In this document: positions 42,075 through 55,421 of the stretch, piece by piece
How the letters are laid out: the number at the start of each line of letters is the position of its first letter
Position numbering within the stretch: the first letter of the stretch is position 1
Assembly (NCBI GenBank): GCA_964016885.1
Contig: OZ024743.1
Coordinates: 42,408,001 to 42,472,000, forward strand
Length of the DNA: 64,000 nucleotides
Direction of reading: 5' to 3'
Source of the DNA: Eledone cirrhosa
Lineage: Eukaryota
Made by a program: the position numbers and the translations under genes
The notes under the pieces: model-generated
Databases searched by the model: none
Seen by the model: the letters and a program-made list of their open reading frames with translations, nothing else
Told to the model about the DNA's origin: nothing

Positions 42075-42544
42075 TTAAAATAACAGATTAACGTTTAAGC
42101 AAAGAATCGCTGCTTTCACCCTTAACGGGATCTTCTGAAACTAACGAAGTCAATCTGTAAACGCAGATGTAGATATTTCAAAAAACGTTGCAACCGGGGG
42201 AAGACAGGAAGACGATACATTGGTTCGTGGAAACGTTCCCTGGTAAAGAACGGGAAAAAACGAATATAATACGTCATTAATACGAGCGGTGAAAAACAAT
42301 TACGCGCAAAGACAGTACCGCGTATAAAAGAGGTCGTTGACTAATGTTCTCTTAAGTGGTTCATAGAGACGTTGCCTGGCAATGAACGAAAAAAACGAAG
42401 ATAATACGTCATATTTGCTCTACGGTTCTTATATATTTGATATATATTTATCCTTATCGAGCCCTCTTTGGATTTTAGTCTTCAGATTTATTATTATTAC
42501 TATTTGGCTCCCTCAGTTGAGCACTCTATTGACTTATATTCATC

Positions 42545-44665
42545 ATGCAGAAACAATATCTGAATATTTCTACAAAGAACAGACCCATACCAAGCAGGAA
42601 AACATACCTAAAACTCCTGATACAGAAAACAGACGCGTTTATTAAAAGGTTGCGTCGGCGTGTCTTTTATTTCGATAATCCGCGAAAAGCAGACAACAAA
42701 CAGGATAAATTTGGCTTTAAAACCTATAATAACCCTCCGTGTAACCCGCATTACTACCCTTCGAAATGAAGGAACTCATACGGAGTATCAAATTTCGGAA
42801 TAGGAACAATTCCTTCCAGCAGGACCTGAAGAATAGAATTCGTTCTATTAAGGATTCTAATGCCGTGCACGTCCATTCCGACAAAACTGGCAACCTATAT
42901 CAAATGGAGTGCAGTACTTACCATCAACTACTACATAATGCTGTAGCTAAGGATTACCGTAAAACTAATCGGTGCGTCATCAATGAAATCAACGATGCTG
43001 GATTTAAAATCACATCTGATCTCAACATCCTGGACCGGACCGAACCTCTGGACCCTATTTCTCCCCACTTTACCCTGAAGGATCACAAATCCAATTTTCC
43101 GAACAACCCCTCTATTCGGATTATTAACCCTACGAATTCCGATTTAGGTAGATTTAGTAAAACGATTCTTGATAGCATTATACCTAAAATTAGAAGTTTG
43201 GCCCCTCTTGCACTGTGGAACAATTCTTTCGCGGTGATTGATTGGTTCAACGGCATATGTAGCAAGGAACATTGCCGTTTTATCCAATTCGACATCAACA
43301 ATTACTACTCCTCCATCACTTTACCACTTCTCCTTAGAGCTATCAATTTCGCTAAAACACTCACAGTGGTTAAGGATTTCGAAGTTGATGTCATCCTCAA
43401 TGCCCGTAAGTCGGTGATTAATTTCGACGACTCTATTTGGAAAAAAAATCCAATAGTACCCCATCGACGTGAGTATAGACGCCAGCGATTCTGCGGAGGT
43501 TAGTGATCTTATCGGCCTTTTCCTTCTTTTCACTGTCAAGGACGAATTCCCCAACGTGGGCGATGATTTGTACCATCATGATGGTCTTTTGACCATGACT
43601 AAGTGCGGACCTCGGTTTGCGACAGGTTCAGAAAAGAACTCAGGGCCTTCTTTGAAGGCTTCAACCTCTCTATACAGGTTGAGGCCAATCTCTCGGTCGT
43701 TAATTACCTCGACGTTACCCTCAATTTATCGAATGGGTTGTATTACGCGTATAGAAAGCCGAATGATACGCTTAATTACATAAGTAAGCATTCCAACCAT
43801 CCTGCCAGCATAACCAAAAACCTGGTAAGAAACGTTTCGTTGAGGCTTTCCCGTCTATCTACTAACGAGCATATTTTCAACGACCATTCCACATATTACA
43901 ATGAAGCTCTTGCTCGGAGTGGATTTGTCGATAAGGTAGCATATACAGAGTACGATAATAGACCTAGAAGAAATAGATCCCGTCGCATTTGTTGGTATAA
44001 CCCACCATATAATATGGAGGTGGCCACACCATTAGCTAAGATCTTTCTTTCCCTTATTACGAAGCATTTTCCCCCTACACATAAATATAGTAACAATTTA
44101 AATAGAAATACTATTAAAATGTCTTACTCTACGACTCCTAACCTTGCACATAACATGACAGCTTCAAATTTAGCTAAACTACCTAGCCGTAAGGAACACG
44201 TGCAACCCTGTAGTTAGTACTAACTGTAATTGTAGGAATCGGGTTGATTGCCCCCTATCCGTGAAATGCCTCTCTAGTAACATTGTCTACAAATGTAAAG
44301 TTGAAACACCCACGTCCCGTAGGGCCTACATAGGGTTAACCGCCAATAGATTCAAGCAGCGTCTTTACATGCATACCCTTTCTTTTCGTTACCCTCTAAG
44401 AAGGAATATGACGTCACTTTCAGCTTATATCTGGAGTCTAAAAGACAACCACACCCAATATAAGTTATACTTGGAGATCCTAGTTAGGGCTAGATCGTAT
44501 AACGGAAATAAAAGACCATGTGACCTCTGCGCCGCTGAGACCCTGGAAATACTCTACGCCACAAACCACATCTTAAACCAAAAATCTGAGGTCATTTCGG
44601 CTTGTAAACATAAATTGCACAAAACTTTCCTGTATTACAGCCCCACGTTATACCCTAACGGATAG
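42545..44665 (+). pseudogene. Penelope-like RT + GIY-YIG ORF (multiple frameshifts, YRDD decayed to YHHD)
   Basis: FGFKT, SDKTGNLY, TLKDHK, FIQFDINNYYSSI, DSAEVSDLIG, VNYLD, HSNHP, WYNPPY, CNCRNRVDCPL..KC, IVY...YIG...FKQR, CDLC, CKH. Confidence 0.9.
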
Positions 44666-45452
44666 TACGATCTATACGTGGATATATTACGTCTTGATGT
44701 GGTAGCTAAGTATATGTTTTGGTTATACCATTACTTATTTGCATAGGTAAGTATATATTACCTGTATGTTTTGTGAAGGTACGTATACTTTCTCGTACGT
44801 ATATTTGATTGTATATGTTATGGCGTATAAGTTTATATATTCTGGTACATATAGTTTGTATATGTGTATACGGGAGTTTTGCGTCTGTGTGAGTATGCAG
44901 GTTTGTACGTATGTAGGGTGTGTATATATGTGTACTTCATGTTTTGGTTGACTTACGTCTCTGAACATTTGTGTATTTACATGTAGGTATGTGTGTGCGC
45001 TTGTTATATACGTATTTATTTATTTATATACGTTTATTTAATTGTTTATGTATTTGTATACTTGCACACACACACATATTTATATGTGCATGGTTTTGTA
45101 TACCTATGGTAAGTGTTTTCGCGTATGCTTGTGTATGTACGTATTTGTATGCGTGTATGTATTTATTTAATTTCTATTACCTCTGTATTGTATTTATTTA
45201 CTTTATTCTTAACTCTGAAGTGGAGATTCATTCGGTCTCCTAGTTACAATTTTAGTCGACGACTTCTGCTATACCATTTACGTGGTTTTGTCTTTGCGTG
45301 CAATTGTTCTCCACGCTCCACATATGACGTATTATCTTCGTTTTTTTCGTTCATTGCCAGATAATGTCTCTATGAACCACTTAAGAGAACAGTAGTCTAC
45401 GACCTCATTTATACCATAAACGTGGTTCTGTCTTTGCGAGTAATTGTTTTAA

Positions 45453-45640
45453 TGGCGGTGGATTGGCAGTATCGTTAGAGGGTCGGACGCCATGCTTTCC
45501 AGCATAGTCACGTCCCTTTACGATCTGAGTTCAAATCCCGGCGAGGTTGACTTTGCCTTTCATCTTTACGGGGTCGATAAAATAAAGTACCATTAATGCA
45601 CTGGGTAATTGCTGGCCTTGTGCCTAAAGTAGAAACAATT
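45453..45640 (+). mobile_element. tRNA-SINE inserted in the 3' pLTR of Naiad-like element 2
   Basis: A/B boxes and family body; absent from the inverted pLTR copy at 42073-42414. Confidence 0.85.
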
Positions 45641-45765
45641 ATATTCGTTTTTTCCGGTTCTTGGCCAGGGAACGTTTCGACAAACCAATGTATCGTCTTC
45701 CTGTCTTCCTCCGGTTGCAACGTTTTTTTAAATATCCACTTCTGCGTTTACAGATTGACTTTGTT

Positions 45766-45816
45766 AGTTTCAGAAGATCCCGTTAGGGCTGAAAGCAGCG
45801 ATTCTTGGCTTAAACT
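45766..45816 (+). ncRNA. Variant-core type I hammerhead (family G, CAGAAGA)
   Basis: agttt-CAGAAGA-tccc gtta ggg(c)t-GAAA-gca...gc-TT-aaact; also at 42092-42142 (minus) and 50562-50612 (plus). Confidence 0.65.
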
Positions 45817-45984
45817 TTAATCTGTTATTTTAATAAATATTTGCTCTACGGTTCTTAAATATTAGATATATATTTATCCTCATCCTCTTATATATGATAT
45901 ATATTTATCCTCTCTGGATTTTAGTCTTCAAATTTATTATTATTACTATATATATATATGCATGCACATAATATACGCCCCTGA

Positions 45985-46165
45985 TGGCACGTGGGTTTGA
46001 TTCCTGTGTTGCGTGTTGTGTTCTTGAGCAAAACACTTCATTTCACGTTACTTCAGTATACTTAGCTGAAAATGAGTACCAGCAATAGCTGGGAGTTTAG
46101 CCTGCGATAGACTGGCGTCTTGTCCAGTGGGGAGACTTGTAATCTCATGAAACCGGGATAACCAC
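45985..46165 (+). mobile_element. Old tRNA-SINE of a second family (CORE-like block)
   Basis: B-box-like ggtttgattcc, then gtgttcttgagcaaaacactt, and cctgcgatagactggcgtcttgtccag. Confidence 0.5.
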
Positions 46166-46622
46166 CGGTCAACAGAGCTTCCTAGCTTCAGACAGATTTT
46201 AGACTTAAAATATACACACACACACATGCACACGCGCGCACAAACATACATATATATATATATTCTTTTTGTTGTAACATGTGTGTTAGTTGATCATCAC
46301 AATCGACTTTGGTGCAATCATGCAAAGACATTATATCTCCGCAGTCCATATAAGTAAAAGTTTGCATTACATGTATGGTATTCGATGGTATTATGTTATG
46401 TTATTAAAAACGAAAAGACATTTCTATGGCTCCATACTTCAATTAATTATACTATATGATATCTGGATTTCAGATATCAATGTGATTAGCTGATTGTGAC
46501 TTAAGTATAACATGTTACCATCAAATACTTGGAAATAATATCTTAGATATAAGTATAATTGTGCATGAGCTGTTGATCCTCCAAAGTCTAGTCAGCATAA
46601 TCACTATCTAATAACTGAATAG

Positions 46623-46719
<97 letters not shown>

Positions 46720-46771
46720 CATATATAAACACATACGTATAGCTCTACATGGCTGAATACAGTAAATAAAT

Positions 46772-46957
46772 GTAATCTGAATGTTTCGAATATTAAAATT
46801 AATATTCGATTCGTTTTCAATTATACAAACAGACACTTTTTTAAGCCGTCAGTAGAATGATGGGCTCATTCTACTGACATGGCTTAAAAAAGAGGCTGTG
46901 TGCATAATTGCAAACGAATCCAATATTATTATTAATATTCGAAAAGCTCGGATTACA
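46772..46957. repeat. ~185-bp imperfect palindrome (MITE-like or fold-back element)
   Basis: Centre gtcagtagaatga-tgggc-tcattctactgac; arms extend to gtaatc.ga / tc.gattac; next to (TA)n. Confidence 0.7.
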
Positions 46958-47221
46958 TATATATATATATAGATATATTAAAATATCAGATTAAAATCTA
47001 AGTAAAGAATCGCTGCTTTCACCTTTAATGCTCCATATAAGGTCGTATTATCTTCTCTTTTTTCCGTTCCTTGCAAGGAAACGTCTTCACAAACGAAAGT
47101 ATCGTCTTCCTCTTTTCCTTCGTCTGCAACATTTTTCGAAATATTTACTTCTGTGTTCACAGATTGATTATTTTTAGTTTCAGAAATTATTATTACTATT
47201 ATTATTATTCATTTATTATTA

Positions 47222-47283
<62 letters not shown>

Positions 47284-47540
47284 ACAAGGGTTTATACTGT
47301 AAATAAAACCCTTTTCGTACAGCCCACCATGTTATTGTTCACACTTTCACTACTATTACTCCAAGAATAACCTGCATAGGAATTCTCGCAAACTCGCTAC
47401 CTAACTAAGGAAACCTCTTGTTGAGTCAAACAACGCCGCACGTTAAAACTATCCATAGTACTGAGTACTCACAACCTCTAACTGGATTACTAAAACGATA
47501 ACATGTTATCCCATATATATATATAAATATATATATATAT

Positions 47541-47662
<122 letters not shown>

Positions 47663-47769
47663 GTATATGTGTGTGCGTGTTTATATGTATATATTTCATC
47701 AAAACACGCTCCATTATTTCCTTTTAAATCTTAAATTATCTTACCTAAAATCCGTACCTTCAAACCACA

Positions 47770-48178
47770 GATGACTGGATGATGAATATGGTCGCAGCTC
47801 ACGAAAGGAAAAGGAAATTATATTCTGTCACACAGGAAAGAAGGAAGTTTGTGGAAGAAGTGAGAATACAGTTTGAAAATTATGGCGATTCGGCAATTAA
47901 AGCCTCAAAGAATATCAAAGCTTTGGCAAAATAAGTAGTCCAACGGAATCTATGGCATATATCAGAACAAGCACCACTTCATGGGCAGTATGTTCTCCGT
48001 AGCAAAACCTTGATGAAGATCAAGCTCTCATCCGTAGCTGCGGAGTTCTGGACTAACGGCAGAGAGTGACGGCTTCTACGAGACCAGTTTCTCCCAACAC
48101 TCGCCTTTCAATCCAATGTGATCAGAAATAGAATAGACCAAAAGTGTTAATTATGTGATGATCATGTTGAGACGATCT
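47770..48178 (+). pseudogene. R4/Dong-clade non-LTR retrotransposon C-terminal fragment
   Basis: Manual translation QAPLHGQYVLRSK...RSSGLTAESDGF...DQFLPTLAFQSNVIRNRIDQKC*LCDDHVETI, matching the HGQY / L..E.EGF / DQ.LPT / CRLC...ETI pattern. Confidence 0.65.
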
Positions 48179-48660
48179 GTATTCTGACTGCAAGGAATAT
48201 ACAAGATATTCCGACTCCAGGTTGACCAGTGTGAACAATCAATTCCAAAGAGTTAAAGATTCCAAAGTCTGGTCCGATTGAAATGAATTGTACTCTGAAT
48301 TGATATGTTAGTATGTATAATGTTGCTAACTGAAAGTTAAGCACCCGCACTACCGTTTTATTTTTAATTTATTTTTTTATTTCCTTCCTTAACATTTCCT
48401 TACAACTCCTCTGAGTTTCTCTTCTCCTCCTATCCGAACATTCTTGATGAAAGACTTCTGTCCGAAACAACAAATCCTCCACCATTTCCACCTAGGGAGA
48501 ATCTAATATAACTGTAAAATTGCCGCCTGTATTAAAATAACAGATTAAAGTTTAAGCAAACAATCGCTGCTTTCACCCTTAATAGCATCTCTTGAAACAT
48601 TATTATTATATGTATATATATGCATACATATATATATATAAATGTGTATATATATATATA

Positions 48661-49470
<810 letters not shown>

Positions 49471-49486
49471 ATATATATATATATTA

Positions 49487-50108
49487 TAAGATTCTTTGCC
49501 TAATTTTTCATTCGCACCGTTTCCTTTCGCTATATGTCTCTCCACCACTCCCCTACACACCTTTTGAACTCTGTTCCCACACACTTCTCACCTGAGGAAG
49601 GGCTTATGCCCGAAACGTCGTCCCCCACCTACCCCCCACTCTCCTGAGCGCGAAATTAATAAACATTTATTGTACTGCCTCTCTGTTTTGTCCCTGTTCA
49701 AATTTTTCCATTATATATAATACACGCTCACACGGCTTCCATCCTTGGAACATAACTTAACAACCGGCTCAACCCCGATCTAATCCGCCGTGACCTTTCT
49801 CCGAACTTTACACACCTTCCCACACTTGGTCTTTCCTTCCACGCATTACCTCTGTTTGATTTTGTTAAGGTACATTTTTTTCCGTATAAGATTCTTTGCC
49901 TAATTTTTCATTCGCACCGTTTCCCTTTCGCTATATGTCTCTCCACCACTCCCTACACACCTTTTGAACTCTGTTCCCACACACTTCTCACCTGAGGAAG
50001 GGCTTATGCCCGAAACGTCGTCCCCCACCTACCCCCCACTCTCCTGAGCGTGAAATTAATAACATTTATTGTACTGCCTCTCTGTTTTGTCCCTGTTCAA
50101 ATTTTTCC

Positions 50109-50111
<3 letters not shown>
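49487..50111 (+). mobile_element. About 1.55 tandem 400-bp units with HHR-like cores
   Basis: 49487-49712 is repeated at 49886-50111. CTGAGGA-agggc ttat gccc-GAAA-cg-TC at 49592 and 49992, but helix I is only about 2 bp; (TA)n flanks. Confidence 0.65.
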
Positions 50112-50171
<60 letters not shown>

Positions 50172-50175
<4 letters not shown>

Positions 50176-50623
50176 ATAATAGTAAATTTGAAGACTAAAA
50201 TCCAAAGAGGGCTCGATAAGTATAAATATACATCAAATGTATAAGAACCACTCCACATGATGACGTATTATCTTGACTGGTACTTTATTTTATCAACCCC
50301 GTAATGATGAAAGGCAAAGTTAACCTCGGCGGGATTTGAACTCAGATCATAAAGGGCCGTAACTCTTTGCTGCAAAGCATGGCGTTCACACCCTCTAACG
50401 ATACTGCCAATACTACGCCCCAAATAATGACGTATTATCTTCGTTTTTTTCCATTCTTTGCCAGGGAACGCCTCCAAGAACTAAAGTATCGTCTTCCTGT
50501 CTTCCTTCGGTTGCAACGTTTTGCGAAATATTTACTTCTGCGTTCACAGATTAACTTTTTTAGTTTCAGAAGATCCCGTTAAGGGTGAAAGCAGCGATTC
50601 TTTGCTTAAACTTTAATCTGTTA

Positions 50624-50630
<7 letters not shown>
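50172..50630 (+). mobile_element. Solo pLTR of Naiad-2 family with nested SINE (50275-50424, minus)
   Basis: Homologous to 45640-45948, with the terminal part inverted at 50172-50250. SINE TSD atgacgtattatctt at 50260-50274 / 50427-50441; HHR at 50562-50612. Other fragments at 46976-47185 and 48530-48600. Confidence 0.8.
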
Positions 50631-51101
<471 letters not shown>

Positions 51102-51117
51102 TATATATATATATATA

Positions 51118-51780
<663 letters not shown>

Positions 51781-51786
<6 letters not shown>

Positions 51787-52525
51787 ATACTTTGGGAGGG
51801 TCATGTTGCCAATAAGAAACACACGCACCAGTTGCTTTCACTTCAATTTATTATATATTTATAAATTTATAAATTTACAAATCTACAAACTTATAAATTT
51901 CTGGTTGGTTGGTTGGTTCCACAACCAGATAGTTGTTTATATATAGTCATAGTCCTTTCGTCACACACTATGTGACCTCTTCAGTGACTGGGGATTCCTT
52001 TCTTTGTTTCTGTGCCTTACAACCAAAATTAAATAGAAAATATGAGTGGAACAGCAACATCACAACTTACAATTAAGGACAAAATGAAAACACACACACA
52101 CATAGAACAAACAACCAACCAACAATAAATAAATAAATAAACAAATAGATAAATGAACACAAACACAGACACCCGGATGTGGCGCATGCGCAAACTGAGC
52201 ACACAACACACACACAGAAACAAAATGGTGTAGGATAGAAGAAAGGAAAGGCACAGAAACAAAGAAAGGAATCCCCAGTCACTGAAGAGGTCACAGAGTG
52301 TGTGACGAAAGGACTATGACTATATATAAACAACTATCTGGTTGTGGAACCAACCAACCAGAAATTTATAAGTTTGTAGATTTGTAAATTTATAAATTTA
52401 TAAATATATAATAAATTGAAGTGAGGGCAACTGGTGCGTGTGTTTCTTATTGGCAACATGACCCTCCCAAAGTATAACAATATCGGTTTCAACACACGAT
52501 TTCAGATAAAGAATCTTGCTAAACA
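51781..52525. mobile_element. Family C2 fold-back element (~235-bp arms) with two divergent hammerheads
   Basis: Arms 51781-52018 / 52248-52481. HHR 52277-52321 (+): agtca-CTGAAGA-ggtcaca gagtg tgtgac-GAAA-ggac-TA-tgact; mirror copy at 51945-51989 (-). Termini are shared with family C. Confidence 0.85.
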
Positions 52526-52957
52526 AATTCATATGAGAGAGGAATGGAGAGAATGAGAAGGAGGGAGAGAGGGGGAGAAGTAAATTTGTTTTCCAGAAAC
52601 TGAGATTTGTTATACATACAGGGAAAGCAGCAGAAGTCTCATCTCTCTACATATGTACATAAATATATGCATATACACATTACTCGAATACACATACTCA
52701 CGTGCTGCCCTCAATTCAGATAATTTTGTATTGTTTTGGGATAGGAGTAAAATGATTATGAAGGAAGTTTGACATGGTAGAGATTGGTTCTTAAATTTCT
52801 CTCTCCAACAATATGACCACTATTTGATTTCTTCTAGATATAATTAAATATTTTCATATGCTATCAATTAATTTAATAGACATTTTTTCTCTGCGATACA
52901 TACTGTCAATAATCGGTAGAATGCCAACAAATATGGGGAAAGGGCAAGACAATTAAA

Positions 52958-53103
52958 TCGACCCAGTGTTCTACTGGTATCTTATGTTATCACCACCGCA
53001 AAGATGAGCTCGTCAGTTTTTGAAATCAGATTGTAAAGGGCCATAACTACATGCCACAAAACCTCTCGTCCGACGCCCTACTGATACTGCCAATCCACCG
53101 CCC
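52958..53103 (-). mobile_element. Degenerate tRNA-SINE
   Basis: Reverse complement of the SINE head (atactgccaatccaccgccc) and a decayed body. Confidence 0.6.
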
Positions 53104-53505
53104 TTATTGTCAATAATGGCTTCTGCTTTTGGACACAGGGCCAGCAATTACATGTGTGCATTACTGTTGCTTTGTTATTGTCAATAATGTTCAAATTTCT
53201 TAGTAATTTACATGTTAATTATTGTATTTTCTTTTTCAGTAATATTCTCACCTGATTCTACTTTATCACCTCTTACCGTATAAAGATAGTCATTGTATAC
53301 AGCTGTTTTTAAAGGATTGCTTATATTTTATGGTAACAATTGTTATGATAAATACAGTATCAAAACAAAATGAAATATTGAAAAATATATTTTGTTTTAG
53401 TTTATACTCGTATCCCAGAAATTGTGATGTTCATACAGGCGCGCTGAGGTAAAAGCACTCCTATAGAGGTCAGGTTTGCATTTCATCTTTAAGAGATCTT
53501 TAAGA

Positions 53506-55240
53506 AGGGATGCCCACTCTCCTCCCTTCTCTACGTACTGAATCTCGAGCCACTACTGCGGAGTTGGAGCTATTGCAGAGCATGCCTTTGGAACCGGGAC
53601 TACGAAAAGCGGCGTCGGCCTACGCCTACGACGTGAGAGTAATGGTGTCGAGCATCTCGCAAATCGGAGAGGTCGGCGCTTTACTGAAGGAATACGAAGG
53701 GTTCACAAGAGCAAAGCTGAACCTGGACAAATCCGTCGGTTTGCAACTTGGAACGTTAAGAAGCAAACCGATGCCTTCCGATGGCGTCGTCGGACGCTGG
53801 ACGGAAGGACCGGTAAAGCTGCTCGGGGTCTGGTTTGGTCCGGACCTCCAGGTGGAGAAGAGCTGGAACGAGGTGACGGCCAAGGTGTTTGCGCTCACCC
53901 AGTAGTGGGCAGAGTGCAAACTATCCTTGAAAGGTCGAGCGGAGGTGGCGAACACTTTTATAGCGTCCGTCATCTACTACCGCTTGACCGTCATGCCTTC
54001 TCCAGCCAAAACGCTCACAAAAATGGAGCGCGCGCTCTTTCAATTCCTTTGGAAGAAACGGGCTCCTTTGATGCCAACACCCTTCAAACGGAGGATTGGA
54101 GTGGCGTGGCTGACGATACGCAAACACGCGCTCAGGGTGCGGCACCTCCACGTATTCCTAACCGGACAACCGGTGTGGGCCCCGTTCGTAAGGCGAGCCT
54201 TCCGACGACTGGTCTCGCTGACCAAGCTGCAGTCCTGGGTCAAGCAAAGACCGAGGAAAATGGGCGACTGGCACATCAAATGTGCTCAGGCGCTCACAGT
54301 CCTCTGGCAAACAGACCCGGCGATCAGTGGAGACTCCACTTCGTCATTCTATAGAGGGTTGGTCCGCAGCATGTGCGACGACTCGCTCGGAGAAACTCTA
54401 GGCGTAGAGGAGGAGGAACTGGCCAGTCTGTTCGGTATGACATTCCGCCGGGGAACGATGGACAACTTCCAAAAGACCCTAGCAGTGCTACCGAGGATCT
54501 CTACCAGTTCGAGACAAGCTCTCCAGACACTGGCGTCCGGGCAAGGAACCTTCGAAAAAGATATCTCCGAGATGCGCGCGCGACTAGGAAACCGTCGCGC
54601 ACGCATTTGTACACTGTCCGGGCGTTACCGACCTGTGGGGCTATGTAGAAGGACTATTGACGCGGGTGGGACCAATCCAGTTGACCACCGAGTCCATTGT
54701 AATAATCAAAATGCCACCCTCCTTAAAAAACGAAGGAGAGGTGGTGTTCCTATGTGCTATGGCTATGCTGAAAGAGGTTATATGGTGGACGAGGTTAAAA
54801 GGGCTGAAGTCAAACACCTTTCTCTCCGGCGAACAACTGATACGTTTTTTTCAAATATCATTTGGAAGAAGAATCAGGATGAAGAGAGAGGTGCTGTACC
54901 CCAGCAAATTTTATGAAAGGTGGGTGGATGTGGCAAAGATTACCTGAGTGGTTGGGCCTTCTCTCTATATAAGCATGTAGGTTGAGGAAAAAGAGGAAGA
55001 GAGGAAGGGAGTACTCACTCTTGGTGCTCCTGGAGATGAGGGTTGTACATTTTTTTTCGGGGTGTGTACAACCCCTGTGTAACGCGTCCCCCCTATTGGG
55101 GATTTCAATTGTTATTTGTTGTTTTATTAATAGTTTTATTTTCATATACCTGTTTGTAAACTCCCCATTTTTATTTGTCCCCTTCTTCTGTGCCCTCGTG
55201 GATAATAAAGAAATGTATCTATCTATCTGTTTATCTATCA
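53506..55240 (+). mobile_element. 5'-truncated copy of the Tx1-like LINE (RT C-half to 3'UTR), disrupted
   Basis: Colinear with the reverse complement of 29966-31700; YADD decayed to YAYD, with stops and frameshifts; ends aataaagaaat(g)tatctatctatc. Confidence 0.9.
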
Positions 55241-55269
55241 AACTATCAAACTAACAGTTTGTTTAACTT

Positions 55270-55421
55270 TCAAACTAACTAACTAACTAATTAACTAACA
55301 GACTAAATAATTAACTAACTGACTAACTGACTAACTAACTAACTGATTAATTAACTTACTAAGTAATTAACTAACTAATTAACTAACTGCCTGGTGATTT
55401 ACTGGTTGATTAATTAACTAA
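55270..55421. repeat. (TAAC)n-like tetranucleotide microsatellite
   Basis: Imperfect aactaactaact run directly after the LINE tail. Confidence 0.85.

Larger units (their letters stand above)
42073..45948 (+). mobile_element. Full-length Penelope-like retroelement (Naiad-type) 2 in (TA)n
   Basis: Inverted pLTR 42073-42414 (reverse complement of 45322-45835 minus the SINE); short direct copy 42413-42502 (= 45838-45948); ORF remnant; (TA)n flanks. Confidence 0.9.

Noticed and set aside
48441-48480. TTGATGA-agac ttct gtcc-GAAA motif
   Set aside because: Core mutated and no NUH/helix I; at most a decayed hammerhead.
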